Source of the DNA: Myxococcales bacterium
GTDB lineage: Bacteria; Myxococcota_A; UBA9042
Direction of reading: 5' to 3'
DNA: 64,000 nt
NCBI GenBank assembly: GCA_009692465.1
Contig: SHZD01000003.1
Location: 15,121 to 79,120, forward strand
Part shown: positions 50,637-60,160 of the stretch, piece by piece
Position numbering within the stretch: the first letter of the stretch is position 1
How the letters are laid out: every line of letters starts with the position of its first letter
Program-made: the position numbers and the translations under genes
The notes under the pieces: generated by a model
Told to the model about the DNA's origin: nothing
What the model saw: the letters and a program-made list of their open reading frames with translations, nothing else
The model's database searches: none

Positions 50637-52130
50637 TTGGCCGACGACGCAACTTCGCGACGACTGCGCTCTGAGGCGCTCCCACTTGTGGATCCTGAAC
50701 CCCTGTTAGCGACAACTACGGTCGCTGCGCTCAACGACGGCCTGACGCTGTCCGTGCTCCTGCTCATTGGTTCGCTGGTTACCTGCTTCCTGTTTGCCGG
50801 AACAGAGACCGCGATCATGTCGATGGGCGAAATGCGCATCAAGAAATTGCTGGAAAGCCATCACGGCCCCGACGGTTTTTTGCAGTTGTGGCTACATAAG
50901 CCTTCGGAAGTATTAACGACTCTGCTGACCGGCAACACGTTGTCTTCGGTCGCGGCGTCGTCGATCGCCACCTCTCTGACGTTGTCGTTGTGTGTCCGTT
51001 ACGGCTTGTCGAACGGAGTGACCGACTGGGTGCTGGCTGCGGCAGTGACCGCATTGGGCGCTGTGCTGCTGATTGCCTGCGAAATTGCTCCCAAGACTTT
51101 GGCCAAGCACCACCCGGATTGGTTCTTGCAGCCGATGCATGTGGTGTGGATTTTTCACCGGTCGACGCGGTGGTTCTCTCAAGTCATGATTTGGGCCGCC
51201 ATGTTCATCGTTCGGCGGCTGGGTGGCGGTTCGCTGCCGACGGCCAATGAGGTCACCGAAGCGCAGATTGAAGACATGGTGCGAATGGGCAACGAATCTG
51301 GCAGCTTGCCCGAAGATGAAGGCGACATTTTGCAGGGCGTGTTCAAGTTGTCGGAGACGTCGCTGACGATGATCATGACCCCGCGCACCAAAATGGCCGC
51401 CTTGCCGATCGACGCCACGCGCGAGGAAGTGCTGGCCGAAGTGCGTGGCAGTCGCTGGTCGCGCTATCCGGTCTACAGCAAGACGCCGGACGCGATCGTG
51501 GGTTTTTTCTACACCAAGGACTTGTTCGATCCCAAGATTGCCTACGACCCCTTTTCGAACAAACCGCGGTTGTTTCGGTTGGCTGACCACTTGCACCAAC
51601 CGATGCGGCTACCGGCGACTATGAAGGCGATCGACGCGCTCAAGGCCTTTCAGAGCAAGAAGATGCACTTGGCGATCGTTACCGACGAGCACGGCGGCAC
51701 CGAAGGCATCGTGTCGCTAGAGGACGTGATCGAAGAATTGGTCGGTGATATTTACGACGAATATGACGAGCCCAAAGTGGCGATCGTCCAGACCGCTGCG
51801 AGTAAGTGGACGCTGGATGGCGACACTGAACTGCGCGAACTTGCAGACACTTTCGGTTTGGAATTGCCCGAAATGGAGTCTACTACCGTTGGCGGCTTCG
51901 TCGTCGAGCAAATCGGCCATTTGCCAGCAGTCGGCGCCGAGATGCATTGGCGCGAGCTGACATTCCGGGTGTTGGAAGCCGACGACACGCGGGTGAAGCG
52001 TCTGGAACTGCTGTACAATCCAGCCAGAGCCAAGACGCCTCAGGCTCACCCCGCCGCCCGGCGCCAGACGGGAACGTTCTCTACGCTGCCACTTGCGCCG
52101 GCGAATTGGCCGGTGTCGGCGGATAACTAG
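50637..52130 (+). CDS. CNNM/CorC/TlyC-family membrane protein (DUF21 + CBS pair + CorC_HlyC domain)
   Basis: N-terminal TM DUF21 region, two CBS motifs, and a C-terminal transporter-associated domain. Confidence 0.7.
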   Translation: MADDATSRRLRSEALPLVDPEPLLATTTVAALNDGLTLSVLLLIGSLVTCFLFAGTETAIMSMGEMRIKKLLESHHGPDGFLQLWLHKPSEVLTTLLTGNTLSSVAASSIATSLTLSLCVRYGLSNGVTDWVLAAAVTALGAVLLIACEIAPKTLAKHHPDWFLQPMHVVWIFHRSTRWFSQVMIWAAMFIVRRLGGGSLPTANEVTEAQIEDMVRMGNESGSLPEDEGDILQGVFKLSETSLTMIMTPRTKMAALPIDATREEVLAEVRGSRWSRYPVYSKTPDAIVGFFYTKDLFDPKIAYDPFSNKPRLFRLADHLHQPMRLPATMKAIDALKAFQSKKMHLAIVTDEHGGTEGIVSLEDVIEELVGDIYDEYDEPKVAIVQTAASKWTLDGDTELRELADTFGLELPEMESTTVGGFVVEQIGHLPAVGAEMHWRELTFRVLEADDTRVKRLELLYNPARAKTPQAHPAARRQTGTFSTLPLAPANWPVSADN

Positions 52131-52185
52131 TTGCAGTCCTTAAACACTACAGCGCGAGCCACCCGAACCTAGGCGGCACTGGGCT

Positions 52186-52333
52186 CGGCGGCACTGGGCT
52201 CGGCGGCAGTGGCCTAGGCGGCAGTAGTCTAGGCGGCAGTAGCCTAGGCGGCAGTAGTCTAGGCGGCAGTAGTCTAGGCGGCAGTAGTCTAGGCGGCAGT
52301 AGTCTAGGCGGCAGTAGTCTAGGCGGCAGTGGT
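52186..52333. repeat. 15-bp tandem repeat x ~9 (CTAGGCGGCAGTAGT) at the 3' end of grxD
   Basis: The first unit encodes the C-terminal TTAA plus stop of grxD on the minus strand. Every further unit repeats ThrThrAlaAla-stop in frame. Confidence 0.85.
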
Positions 52334-52651
52334 CTCGGCGACCGCCGCCTTGAGCATCGGCTCCAATTGGCCGTTTTGGTACAGGTCAACGGTGATGTCA
52401 CAGCCGCCGACCAATTCGCCCTTGACGTACAACTGCGGCACGGTCGGCCACTGACCGTACTGCTTGACGCCCTCGCGAATGTCCGGATCTTGCAGGACAT
52501 TGACCGTTGAAAACGCCACGCCGCAGGCCTTGAGGGCCTCGACGGTTCGCGCCGAAAATCCGCACATGGGCATGGCGGGCGTGCCTTTCATGAACAGCAC
52601 GACCGGCTTTGAGTGAACGAGTTCGTCGATTTCTTTTTGAACATCACGCAT
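52319..52651 (-). CDS. grxD: monothiol glutaredoxin Grx4/GrxD (CGFS type)
   Basis: CGFS active site (PMCGFS) and the WPTVPQLYV..GG.D motif. Start chosen at MRDVQKEID. Confidence 0.85.
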   Translation of the reverse strand: MRDVQKEIDELVHSKPVVLFMKGTPAMPMCGFSARTVEALKACGVAFSTVNVLQDPDIREGVKQYGQWPTVPQLYVKGELVGGCDITVDLYQNGQLEPMLKAAVAETTAA

Positions 52652-52684
52652 CTGCGATTCTCCTAGAGAGCCGATCAACTAAGA

Positions 52685-52770
52685 TTTGCTCGGCGTCTCC
52701 TTGCTTGTTTTGTGGGTCGCGAGCGTGCGCCCGGGGCGTCTCGCCGCTCCACTTTTGGTTGGCAGTTCTT
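52685..52770 (-). repeat. Family D repeat adjacent to C copy 2
   Basis: Sequence similarity to the other D copies. Confidence 0.5.
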
Positions 52771-52799
52771 TCCGTTAAAGCCTTAGCTGGGTTAGGTCC

Positions 52800-53019
52800 C
52801 TAGGAGCCTGTCGGAAATCAATCGGTTATGAAATGTCTATCAGGTTATACACAATGAATCTATTACGATTCGACAGGCTCCTAGCCATTCAGATATTCTC
52901 AACTGTCCAAGAACTGCCCGGAGAACTGGCCGAATCAAATTCGTGCAGTTTCGGACAGTTGCCGCCGTCTAGCCAGACGGCGCTAGGAGCGAGTCGGAAT
53001 ACTTCGACACGCTCCTAGA
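52800..53019 (-). mobile_element. MITE-like Family C copy 2
   Basis: Full-length copy in reverse orientation. Its terminal CTAG provides the bolA stop codon. Confidence 0.75.
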
Positions 53020-53251
53020 CTGCTGGTTGGGCGAGCGGCCGCGTCTTGAGGCCGAGCGCGTGGATTTCGTAGCCAACGCGCTCACCGAGCGCTGCATACA
53101 CCGCGCGGTGCTGGACGATCATGGACTGGCCGACGAACTGAGGGGCGGCCACCTCAACTTCAAAGTGATCGCCGCCGCCGGTGGTGTCGGTAACGGAAAT
53201 CTGGGCGCCGGCAAACGCCTGGGCCAAGGTCGCTTCGATCCATTCTTTCAT
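53015..53251 (-). CDS. bolA: BolA family protein
   Basis: About 78 aa with the BolA fold and a conserved HF.V.V..P.F.G motif. Paired with grxD in the classic Grx4-BolA arrangement. Confidence 0.7.
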   Translation of the reverse strand: MKEWIEATLAQAFAGAQISVTDTTGGGDHFEVEVAAPQFVGQSMIVQHRAVYAALGERVGYEIHALGLKTRPLAQPAV

Positions 53252-53442
53252 CGGTGCCGCGCCTGTGCCGCCAAGGAACTGGCGGGGTGCCAAAATAGGC
53301 GTCGCCCCGCCGCGCGCAAGGTCTTGCGTGGATCTGCGCCAGACGACACACCTTTGTTGGGCACCTCGAGCCTGCTTGACGGCCGTCGCGGCCTCGGCTT
53401 TGCTGTGTGGGTCGGCTTCAGCCAGTCGGCAGCCAAGGGCCG

Positions 53443-54498
53443 ATGAGCAACAGTGCCAGTGCGCCGGTGATCGGGGTCGTCACTAATCCCAATAGCCAGA
53501 AAAATCGAGCCAATCCACAGCGCTATGAGCAGATGCGTGCGGTGGTCGGCGACTTGGGGCTGGTGCGGCGCACCCAGGACGTGACCGCGATCGCCAATGT
53601 GGTGCGCGAGTTCTTGGCGGCCGGGATACGCTATTTCGTGGCCGATGGTGGCGACGGGGCCTTTCACTGGCTGATGAACACCATCTGGCAGGTTTTGGAC
53701 AAGGACAACACTGCCAATTGGCCAGCGATCTTGCCAACTAACGCCGGCACCATCGACTTTGTCGGCCGCAAAGCCGAGGTCATCGGCGGTTGCGATCAGT
53801 TGCTGCCCGAATTGGTGCGCTTGATCGACAGCGGCGGGGCCCCCAAGATTGTGCGCTTGCCGACCTTTGACCTGCGCGGGACCTACGGGCCCAACGCCGA
53901 CTTTCCGGGCAAACCCTTTGAAAAACTTGGGTTTGCCACCGCGGTGGCCGGCATCAGTCAGCGCTTCTTTGATAAGTTCTATGCCCACGATCGCCAAGAT
54001 GGGCCGGGGATCGCTTTTTTGGTGGCCAAGATCTTGAGTTCACAGGCGTCGCGCACACCGCTACTGAGTTGGGTGCCGATGCCGGTGGGTTGGCGCTACT
54101 TTGGCGAACCGGTGTTTGAAGGTATCCCGGCTGAGGTGTGGCTCGACGGCGAAAAACTGCCAATTGCCGTGTTCCGCGATCTGGATATTGGAGCGATCGA
54201 TATCAATATCAAGAATATGTTTCGATTTTTTCCGCTTGCTCATACCGGCGAGCACCTGCACGTCCAGTGTGGCGATCTGAGTCCCCTGGATGTGCTGAAA
54301 AACCTGCCGCGGATGGCCACAGGCAAGACAATGAGCATTGACAACTACGTGCAGCGACAAGTGAAACACGTTAAAGTTGTGCCGTTGCAAGGGCGCACAC
54401 TCGATCCTGTTATCGACGGCGAACTGTACTGGGGTTTGCAGAGTTGCGAGTTGTCGATGGGGCCGAAGGTGCCGGTGGTCCAGTTGCAGGCGCCGTGA
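53443..54498 (+). CDS. DAGK_cat-like lipid kinase family protein (YegS/BmrU-like), atypical GGDGA motif
   Basis: IGVVTNPNSQ...VADGGDGAF resembles the diacylglycerol-kinase catalytic domain. ~350 aa. Confidence 0.4.
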   Translation: MSNSASAPVIGVVTNPNSQKNRANPQRYEQMRAVVGDLGLVRRTQDVTAIANVVREFLAAGIRYFVADGGDGAFHWLMNTIWQVLDKDNTANWPAILPTNAGTIDFVGRKAEVIGGCDQLLPELVRLIDSGGAPKIVRLPTFDLRGTYGPNADFPGKPFEKLGFATAVAGISQRFFDKFYAHDRQDGPGIAFLVAKILSSQASRTPLLSWVPMPVGWRYFGEPVFEGIPAEVWLDGEKLPIAVFRDLDIGAIDINIKNMFRFFPLAHTGEHLHVQCGDLSPLDVLKNLPRMATGKTMSIDNYVQRQVKHVKVVPLQGRTLDPVIDGELYWGLQSCELSMGPKVPVVQLQAP

Positions 54499-54622
54499 GG
54501 CTATCCCCGCCAGTCAACTGAATCAGTCGTCGAGCGCCGGGGTGGGGGACAGGCACCAAGCCGCAGTTGCGCGCCGAATGTCCGCGCAAAATCTTGATGT
54601 TGCTCACTATTTCAGCGACAGA

Positions 54623-55621
54623 CTACCAAAACCCTAACCAGCCGCTGGCCAACGGCCGCGTGTGCACCGAATCGCCGTGGTCGCTGCCATGCTGCACGAA
54701 CCAGTCATAGCTTTGCCGCAGCGCTTCGCCATCCGAATGGACGGGCTGCCAGACCAACTGCGCGCAAGTCTGGGTGATATCAAAAGAAAGTGGCCGACCG
54801 TACAGCCGCGCGTGGTACGGCGCCACCACCCCCAACGGCAGTGCCGCCGCCATCCGCAGCGCCGTGCGCACGCCGAAGTCGGGGAGGTGCAGCAGGCGAC
54901 TGCCCGTCCCCGCGTGATCGCACAGCCCGCGCAACAGCGAACGCAAGGCGATTGGCCGCGCCGAACCGGCTAGAAACGGCCCCGCGTGCGGGCAATGGGC
55001 CGCAGCCACGCACAGTCGGGCCAAATCATCGGCGTGGACAAACTGGTACACCGCGGCGCCATCGCCCACCACTACCACCGGTCTGCCGCGGCGCACCCAG
55101 TCAAACAACAGCGAGAACAGCCCGAGGCGGCCCGGGCCCAGCACCGTGCGCGGCCGCACCACCGCCACTGGCAGGCCGGCATCGGCATACAGGTGCGCCA
55201 GTTGGTCGGCGGCCAGCTTGGAGCGGCCATAGGCCTCCAGAGGCTGCGCTTCGCTGGTCATGGTCACTGGCAGCTCCGCAGGAGCCCCATACACGGCGCT
55301 TGAGGACACCACCACTACTTTGGCCACAGCGTGATCGGCGGCCGCCCGCAGCACATTGCGGGTGCCCTCCACATTGACGCTGGCGAACAGTTGCCGATTG
55401 CGCGCTAGGGGCACCGCGGCGGCAGCATGAATCACCCAACGCGTGTCGGCCATGGCGCGGTGCACTGCAGCAAAATCGCGGACATCCCCTTGGACAGCCT
55501 GAGCGCCAGCAATGGAACACGGCGCGATGTCGAACACCCGCACACGCTCGCCGGCTTGCAGCAAGCCGCTCACGATAGCCCGACCACAAAATCCGGCGCC
55601 GCCGGTGACTAGCCAGTGCAT
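54623..55621 (-). CDS. NAD-dependent epimerase/dehydratase family protein
   Basis: N-terminal TGGAGFCG Rossmann motif. SDR-extended fold. Confidence 0.7.
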   Translation of the reverse strand: MHWLVTGGAGFCGRAIVSGLLQAGERVRVFDIAPCSIAGAQAVQGDVRDFAAVHRAMADTRWVIHAAAAVPLARNRQLFASVNVEGTRNVLRAAADHAVAKVVVVSSSAVYGAPAELPVTMTSEAQPLEAYGRSKLAADQLAHLYADAGLPVAVVRPRTVLGPGRLGLFSLLFDWVRRGRPVVVVGDGAAVYQFVHADDLARLCVAAAHCPHAGPFLAGSARPIALRSLLRGLCDHAGTGSRLLHLPDFGVRTALRMAAALPLGVVAPYHARLYGRPLSFDITQTCAQLVWQPVHSDGEALRQSYDWFVQHGSDHGDSVHTRPLASGWLGFW

Positions 55622-55749
55622 GGCACCCTACGTCGTCTCAGTGGAATACCTAACTAATTCAGAAGTGTGGCCCGAAATCACCCGTGTCACCGATAGCCAG
55701 CCTTGATCCCACTGGATTGCATGAAAGCAAAGCCGCGGAATTTAATGCT

Positions 55750-56787
55750 CTAAATTCGAACGCCGCGCTGCAAGGCATCGGCGATGCTGCGGCGCATGCC
55801 CTCTTCTAAGCTGACTTGCGGGGCGAAACCCAGCTCGGCCTGGGCGCGGCCGACGCTGCAGGCGATGTCCTTGTCCATTTCCGACAACACGTGGATTTTC
55901 TGATGGTACAGGCCCAGCGACTGCAGCGCGCGATCCAAAGAGTGGGCCACAGTGGACGCCAAGTGGGGCAAGCGCAGGCGCTTGGAACTGCACGGCAGGC
56001 CGAAGTCCCGTTCCAGCACGGCCTGCACCGTATCGATGATTTCGCGCATCGGATACGGGCGCTCATCGGCAATCCAATAGGTTCGACCGTTGATGCCGGC
56101 AGTGCGCCCGCACAAGTCCATGCCTTGACAGACGTTGTCCACGTAACCCATGGAACGCAAGTTGCTGCCGTCGCCGACTAGCGGCGCTTTGCCAGCGCGA
56201 ATCATCTGAAAAAACAAGGTCTGGCGGGCCGGTTGACCGGGACCGTAGAACCACGGCGGGCGCACCACCACGGCTTCCATCACCCCTAGAGCGGCGATGC
56301 GGTGCACCACGCTCTCGGCCAAACGTTTGCTGTGACCGTAGTTGAGAAACGGCCGATCCTCGCTCATTTCGTCAAACAACGCCGTGCGATGCGGATTGAT
56401 GCCGGCGGGACTATTGGAGGACACGTAGACCATGCGCCGCACACCGGCGATTTGGGCAGCCGCGGCCAGGTTTTGGGTGCCCACAAAGTTCAGCTCGTAC
56501 AGGTCGGCGATCCGTGCAGGGTGAATCAGACCGGCGCAATGGAAAAGCACCGCGCCGGCAGAGTCACGCAAGAAGCTGTGCAAGCTTGGAGGGTCACGCA
56601 AGTCGCCGCTGGCCACTTCGACGCCCATCTGGCGCAGAGCCGTGGCGTCTTGGCCCGGCTGCACTAGACACCGCACCGCAAAACCGGGTTGCCGCGGCAG
56701 ATTGTCGTCCAACCCGCCCGCCTGCAGCCACTGCGCCAGCCGCGAGCCGAGCCAGCCGGGCGTGCCTGTTACGAGAGCTAGTTGTTG
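55750..56787 (-). CDS. NAD-dependent epimerase/dehydratase family protein
   Basis: Start chosen at MQQLALVTGTPGWLG. YxxxK context present. ~345 aa. Confidence 0.65.
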   Translation of the reverse strand, partial: QQLALVTGTPGWLGSRLAQWLQAGGLDDNLPRQPGFAVRCLVQPGQDATALRQMGVEVASGDLRDPPSLHSFLRDSAGAVLFHCAGLIHPARIADLYELNFVGTQNLAAAAQIAGVRRMVYVSSNSPAGINPHRTALFDEMSEDRPFLNYGHSKRLAESVVHRIAALGVMEAVVVRPPWFYGPGQPARQTLFFQMIRAGKAPLVGDGSNLRSMGYVDNVCQGMDLCGRTAGINGRTYWIADERPYPMREIIDTVQAVLERDFGLPCSSKRLRLPHLASTVAHSLDRALQSLGLYHQKIHVLSEMDKDIACSVGRAQAELGFAPQVSLEEGMRRSIADALQRGVRI

Positions 56788-57011
56788 CATGTAGGTCTTG
56801 CGCCACCGATTTTGGCGACCGAGCAGGCCGCGGCGGCGGATTGTCGCACATCGGCGGACAGCGTGCGATCGGAGGCTCGACGAGCATTGGGCGTTGCGGA
56901 TCGGTGTGCTGTGGAGCGGTTTCCGGCACGGTTGCTCCGCGAAGACCCTTGGCCCACAATGACGGCGATCGTTGTCGTCGGCGGTCGCCATCCCAATTCG
57001 CTGGAGTTCCC

Positions 57012-57560
57012 ATGCGCATCGCCATCGTCGGTTCGGCCGGCAGCGGCAAAACCACGCTGGCCAAAGCCCTCGCTGCGCAGCTCAATTGCCCCTACCTAGC
57101 TGACACCATCCCGTTGGTCCTGCGCGACCGCGGCCGCGATTCGTGGCGCGGCGTCGACTCCGCCGACCGGCGCAAGATCCGCGAGGAGGCCTTGACGCGC
57201 AAGCTGCGTCTGGAGGCCGAGCACGACCAGTTCGTCTCGGACAAGAGCGTCATCGATTACTTGGCCTATTGGCTGCAAAATCAGAGCGAATATGAGCAGC
57301 GCCACGTCAGCGATGCGTTTTTGGAGCAGTGCAAGGACGGCGCCAAGCGCTACGACTTGCTGCTATTTTTACCGTTTCGCCCCGAAGTCGAATTTGCGGT
57401 CGGCCGCAATCAAGATCCCAACCACAATCTCAAGGTCGCGGCGCATAAGCGTGGCCTGCTGGTGCTGTTGGGGCTGCCGCACGTCGAGGCGCCGTATACG
57501 TTTGGCGAAAATATGGCGGCGTGGGCGGCGCGCTGGTTGCCAGCGGTGCCCGCGCCATGA
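57012..57560 (+). CDS. P-loop NTPase (AAA_28 / NadR-kinase-like small ATPase)
   Basis: Walker A motif GSAGSGKTT at the N-terminus. 182 aa. Confidence 0.5.
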   Translation: MRIAIVGSAGSGKTTLAKALAAQLNCPYLADTIPLVLRDRGRDSWRGVDSADRRKIREEALTRKLRLEAEHDQFVSDKSVIDYLAYWLQNQSEYEQRHVSDAFLEQCKDGAKRYDLLLFLPFRPEVEFAVGRNQDPNHNLKVAAHKRGLLVLLGLPHVEAPYTFGENMAAWAARWLPAVPAP

Positions 57561-57635
57561 AGCGAGCGACGCTGGCTCGAGGGGTGGCGGCATTTTGCCT
57601 CGCGGCGGTAGGGAGTTTTGGCGGGCGCCTGACAA

Positions 57636-57760
57636 CTAATCCGTGCGACTAATCCGTGCGACTAATCCGGGCGACTAATCCGGGCGACTAATCCGGGCGA
57701 CTAATCCGGGCGACTAATCCGGGCGACTAATCCGTTAATCCGTGCGACTAATCCGTGCCC
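57636..57760. repeat. 12-bp tandem repeat x ~9 (GACTAATCCGKG)
   Basis: Direct tandem copies in the intergenic region. Each unit contains TAA. Confidence 0.85.
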
Positions 57761-57945
57761 CTGCTGAACACAGCGCGCCTGCGCACGCCAACGGCCGCCC
57801 GCAAGCAGTTGACCCCACCGCCAGTCACGGCGATCATGCCGCCCGCGTCGGCGGTCTCTGAGCACATCGCCTCCACAAAACCGTCGCGATTTCAATAACT
57901 CACCGCGCGGCCCTGCGCCGCTAGGCCTTGCACAGGAAGCCCCTT

Positions 57946-58935
57946 ATGACCAAGCCCATCGTAGTCGCAGTCACCGGCGCGGCCGGCAATATCGGTTACT
58001 CATTGCTGTTTCGCCTCGCCTCTGGCGAAACTTTTGGCGACCGGCCGGTGATCCTCAAACTGCTCGACTTGCCGATTGCGGAAGCCCAAAAAAAGCTCGA
58101 AGGCACCGCGATGGAAGTGCTCGATTGCGGCTTTAAAACCCTAGTCGGCGTGCAATGTAGCGGCGACGCCAACGTGGCTTTCGACGGCGCCTCGTGGGTG
58201 TTGCTGGTGGGCAGCAAGCCGCGCGGTCCGGGCATGGCGCGTGCGGATTTGATTCGCGAAAACGGCCCGATTTTTGTGGGCCAAGGCAATGCCCTGCAGC
58301 GCGGCGCCAGCGACATGCGGGTTCTAGTGGTCGGCAACCCGTGCAACACCAACTGCCTGATCGCCGCCAGCAACTGCGCCGGGGTCCCCAAGGAGCGTTT
58401 TAGCGCCATGACGCGACTCGACGAAAACCGCGCGATCGCCCAACTCGCCGGCAAAGCGGGCTGCACCAACGCCGAAATCGCCGGGCTGACCGTGTTTGGC
58501 AACCACAGCGAGTCGATGTACCCCGATTTTGAGAACGCGACGATCCGCGGCCAACCGGCCACCAACGTCATCGGCGACCTCAACTGGCTGCAGACCACGT
58601 TTGTGGCCAATGTCCAAAATCGCGGCAAGGCGATTATCGCAGCGCGCGGGCTGAGTTCGGCGGCATCGGCGGCATCGGCGGCCATTGACCACGTGAAAGA
58701 CTTCGAGCGCGCCACCCCAGCGGGCCAGTGGTTTTCGGCGGCAGTGTGGTCCGAGGGCTCGTATGCGTCGCCTGCAGGCATCTACACCTCGCTGCCGGTG
58801 TCTTCCGATGGCAAGGGCGGCTACAGCGTGGTCCAGGGCCTGCAGCTGTCGCCGTGGGCGCAGGACAAGGTGGCCGCCACCAACAAGGAATTGCTCGACG
58901 AACGCGCGGTGGTCGCCGATTTGCTCAAAGGCTAG
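57946..58935 (+). CDS. mdh: malate dehydrogenase (LDH-like family)
   Basis: VTGAAGNIGYSL NAD-binding motif and a catalytic His/Arg context. The stop TAG lies inside the CTAG end of MITE-C copy 3. Confidence 0.85.
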   Translation: MTKPIVVAVTGAAGNIGYSLLFRLASGETFGDRPVILKLLDLPIAEAQKKLEGTAMEVLDCGFKTLVGVQCSGDANVAFDGASWVLLVGSKPRGPGMARADLIRENGPIFVGQGNALQRGASDMRVLVVGNPCNTNCLIAASNCAGVPKERFSAMTRLDENRAIAQLAGKAGCTNAEIAGLTVFGNHSESMYPDFENATIRGQPATNVIGDLNWLQTTFVANVQNRGKAIIAARGLSSAASAASAAIDHVKDFERATPAGQWFSAAVWSEGSYASPAGIYTSLPVSSDGKGGYSVVQGLQLSPWAQDKVAATNKELLDERAVVADLLKG

Positions 58936-59138
58936 GAGCCTGTCGGAAATCAATCGGTTATGAAATGTCTATCAGGTTACACACAATGAATCTAGTACGA
59001 TCCGACATGCTCCTAGCCAGTCAACTATTGTCAACTGTCCGAGAACTGCCCGGAGTGAATCCGTGTAGTTTCAGACAGTTGCCGCCGTCTAGCCAGACGG
59101 CGCTAGGAGCGAGACGGAATACTCCGACACGCTCCTAG
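58932..59138 (-). mobile_element. MITE-like Family C copy 3
   Basis: Full-length and CTAG-bounded at both ends. Lies between mdh and sdhC. Confidence 0.75.
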
Positions 59139-59227
59139 CCCAATGGCCCAAACACCGAAGGCAGCGGTTCCCACTGCCACTGAGCACGGCTGCTGCGCCA
59201 CAGGCCAGCCACGAGGAGGGGATTGCC

Positions 59228-59974
59228 GTGGAAGGCGACGTTGTTTCGGTCCAACCTGCTGGCGTGGCCAAGGTGGTCGCGCGCCTGACCCAGTCGTCGC
59301 TTGGCCTCAAAGCGCTGGTGGCTGTGACCGGCTTGGGCCTAGTGGCCTTTGCCTTTGTGCATATGGCCGGGCACTTGCAGATGTTCGCGCTGCTGGGCGG
59401 CCAAGAGGGCTACAACCAGTACGCCCACAAGCTGCAATCGCTGGGCGCGCTGAAGTGGGCGGCCCGCGCTGGCCTGTTGGCGCTGACGCTGGTGCACGTC
59501 ATCGCTACGTTAAAGCTGATTGCCCGCAATCGCAGCGCGCGGCCGATTGGTTACGCCAGCAACCACTGGCTGACCGCGAGCGTGGCCAGCCAGACCATGC
59601 GGGTGACTGGGCCAATATTACTGTTCTTCATTATTTATCACCTGTTGCACTTTACCGCGCTGGTGGTCTCGGCGCAGGGCTACGAGGCGATGGAGTACAT
59701 GCTGCGCGATGGCAGCAATTTGGTGGTCGGTGATGCCTACGGTCGGATGGTCCAGGCGTTCCGCGATCCGCTGCTGACGGTGGTGTATGTGCTCGCCGTG
59801 GGCTTGCTAGGCGTGCACCTTGCTCACGGAATTTCAAGTCTTTTTCAAACCTTGGGCCTGACCAACAGCACCTATCGGCCAGCTCTGGCGACCGCGGGGC
59901 CGCTGCTGGCTGGGCTGCTGACCGCGGGCTTTGCAGTGGTGCCACTGGCGATACTCACTGGAGTCATTCAGTAA
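59228..59974 (+). CDS. sdhC: succinate dehydrogenase cytochrome b558 subunit (Bacillus-type SdhC)
   Basis: Five TM helices with conserved His ligands. Followed by sdhA and sdhB. Confidence 0.7.
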   Translation: MEGDVVSVQPAGVAKVVARLTQSSLGLKALVAVTGLGLVAFAFVHMAGHLQMFALLGGQEGYNQYAHKLQSLGALKWAARAGLLALTLVHVIATLKLIARNRSARPIGYASNHWLTASVASQTMRVTGPILLFFIIYHLLHFTALVVSAQGYEAMEYMLRDGSNLVVGDAYGRMVQAFRDPLLTVVYVLAVGLLGVHLAHGISSLFQTLGLTNSTYRPALATAGPLLAGLLTAGFAVVPLAILTGVIQ

Positions 59975-60058
59975 TTTCACTGGCCATTCAGTAATTTCAC
60001 TGGCTATTCAGTAATTTCACTGGCCATTCAGTAATTTCACTGGCCATTCAGTAATTTC
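59953..60058. repeat. 21-bp tandem repeat x5 (CATTCAGTAATTTCACTGGCC) that includes the sdhC stop codon
   Basis: The first unit overlaps ..GVIQ plus stop of sdhC. Each unit carries TAA. Confidence 0.85.
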
Positions 60059-60160
60059 ACTGGCACTGCTGCATCTGCCCCCATCCAAGTCGAGCTCTTG
60101 CTCGTTGCCATCAAGGGCAGTTGCTCCTTTCCACTTTGAGCCACAGCAAAGGGTGCGGCC

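Noticed and set aside
52186-52333. CRISPR array candidates (this tandem array and those at 57636-57760, 59953-60058, 62995-63110)
   Set aside because: The units are directly adjacent with no unique spacers, unit lengths are 12-30 bp, and no cas genes are present. They are simple tandem repeats.
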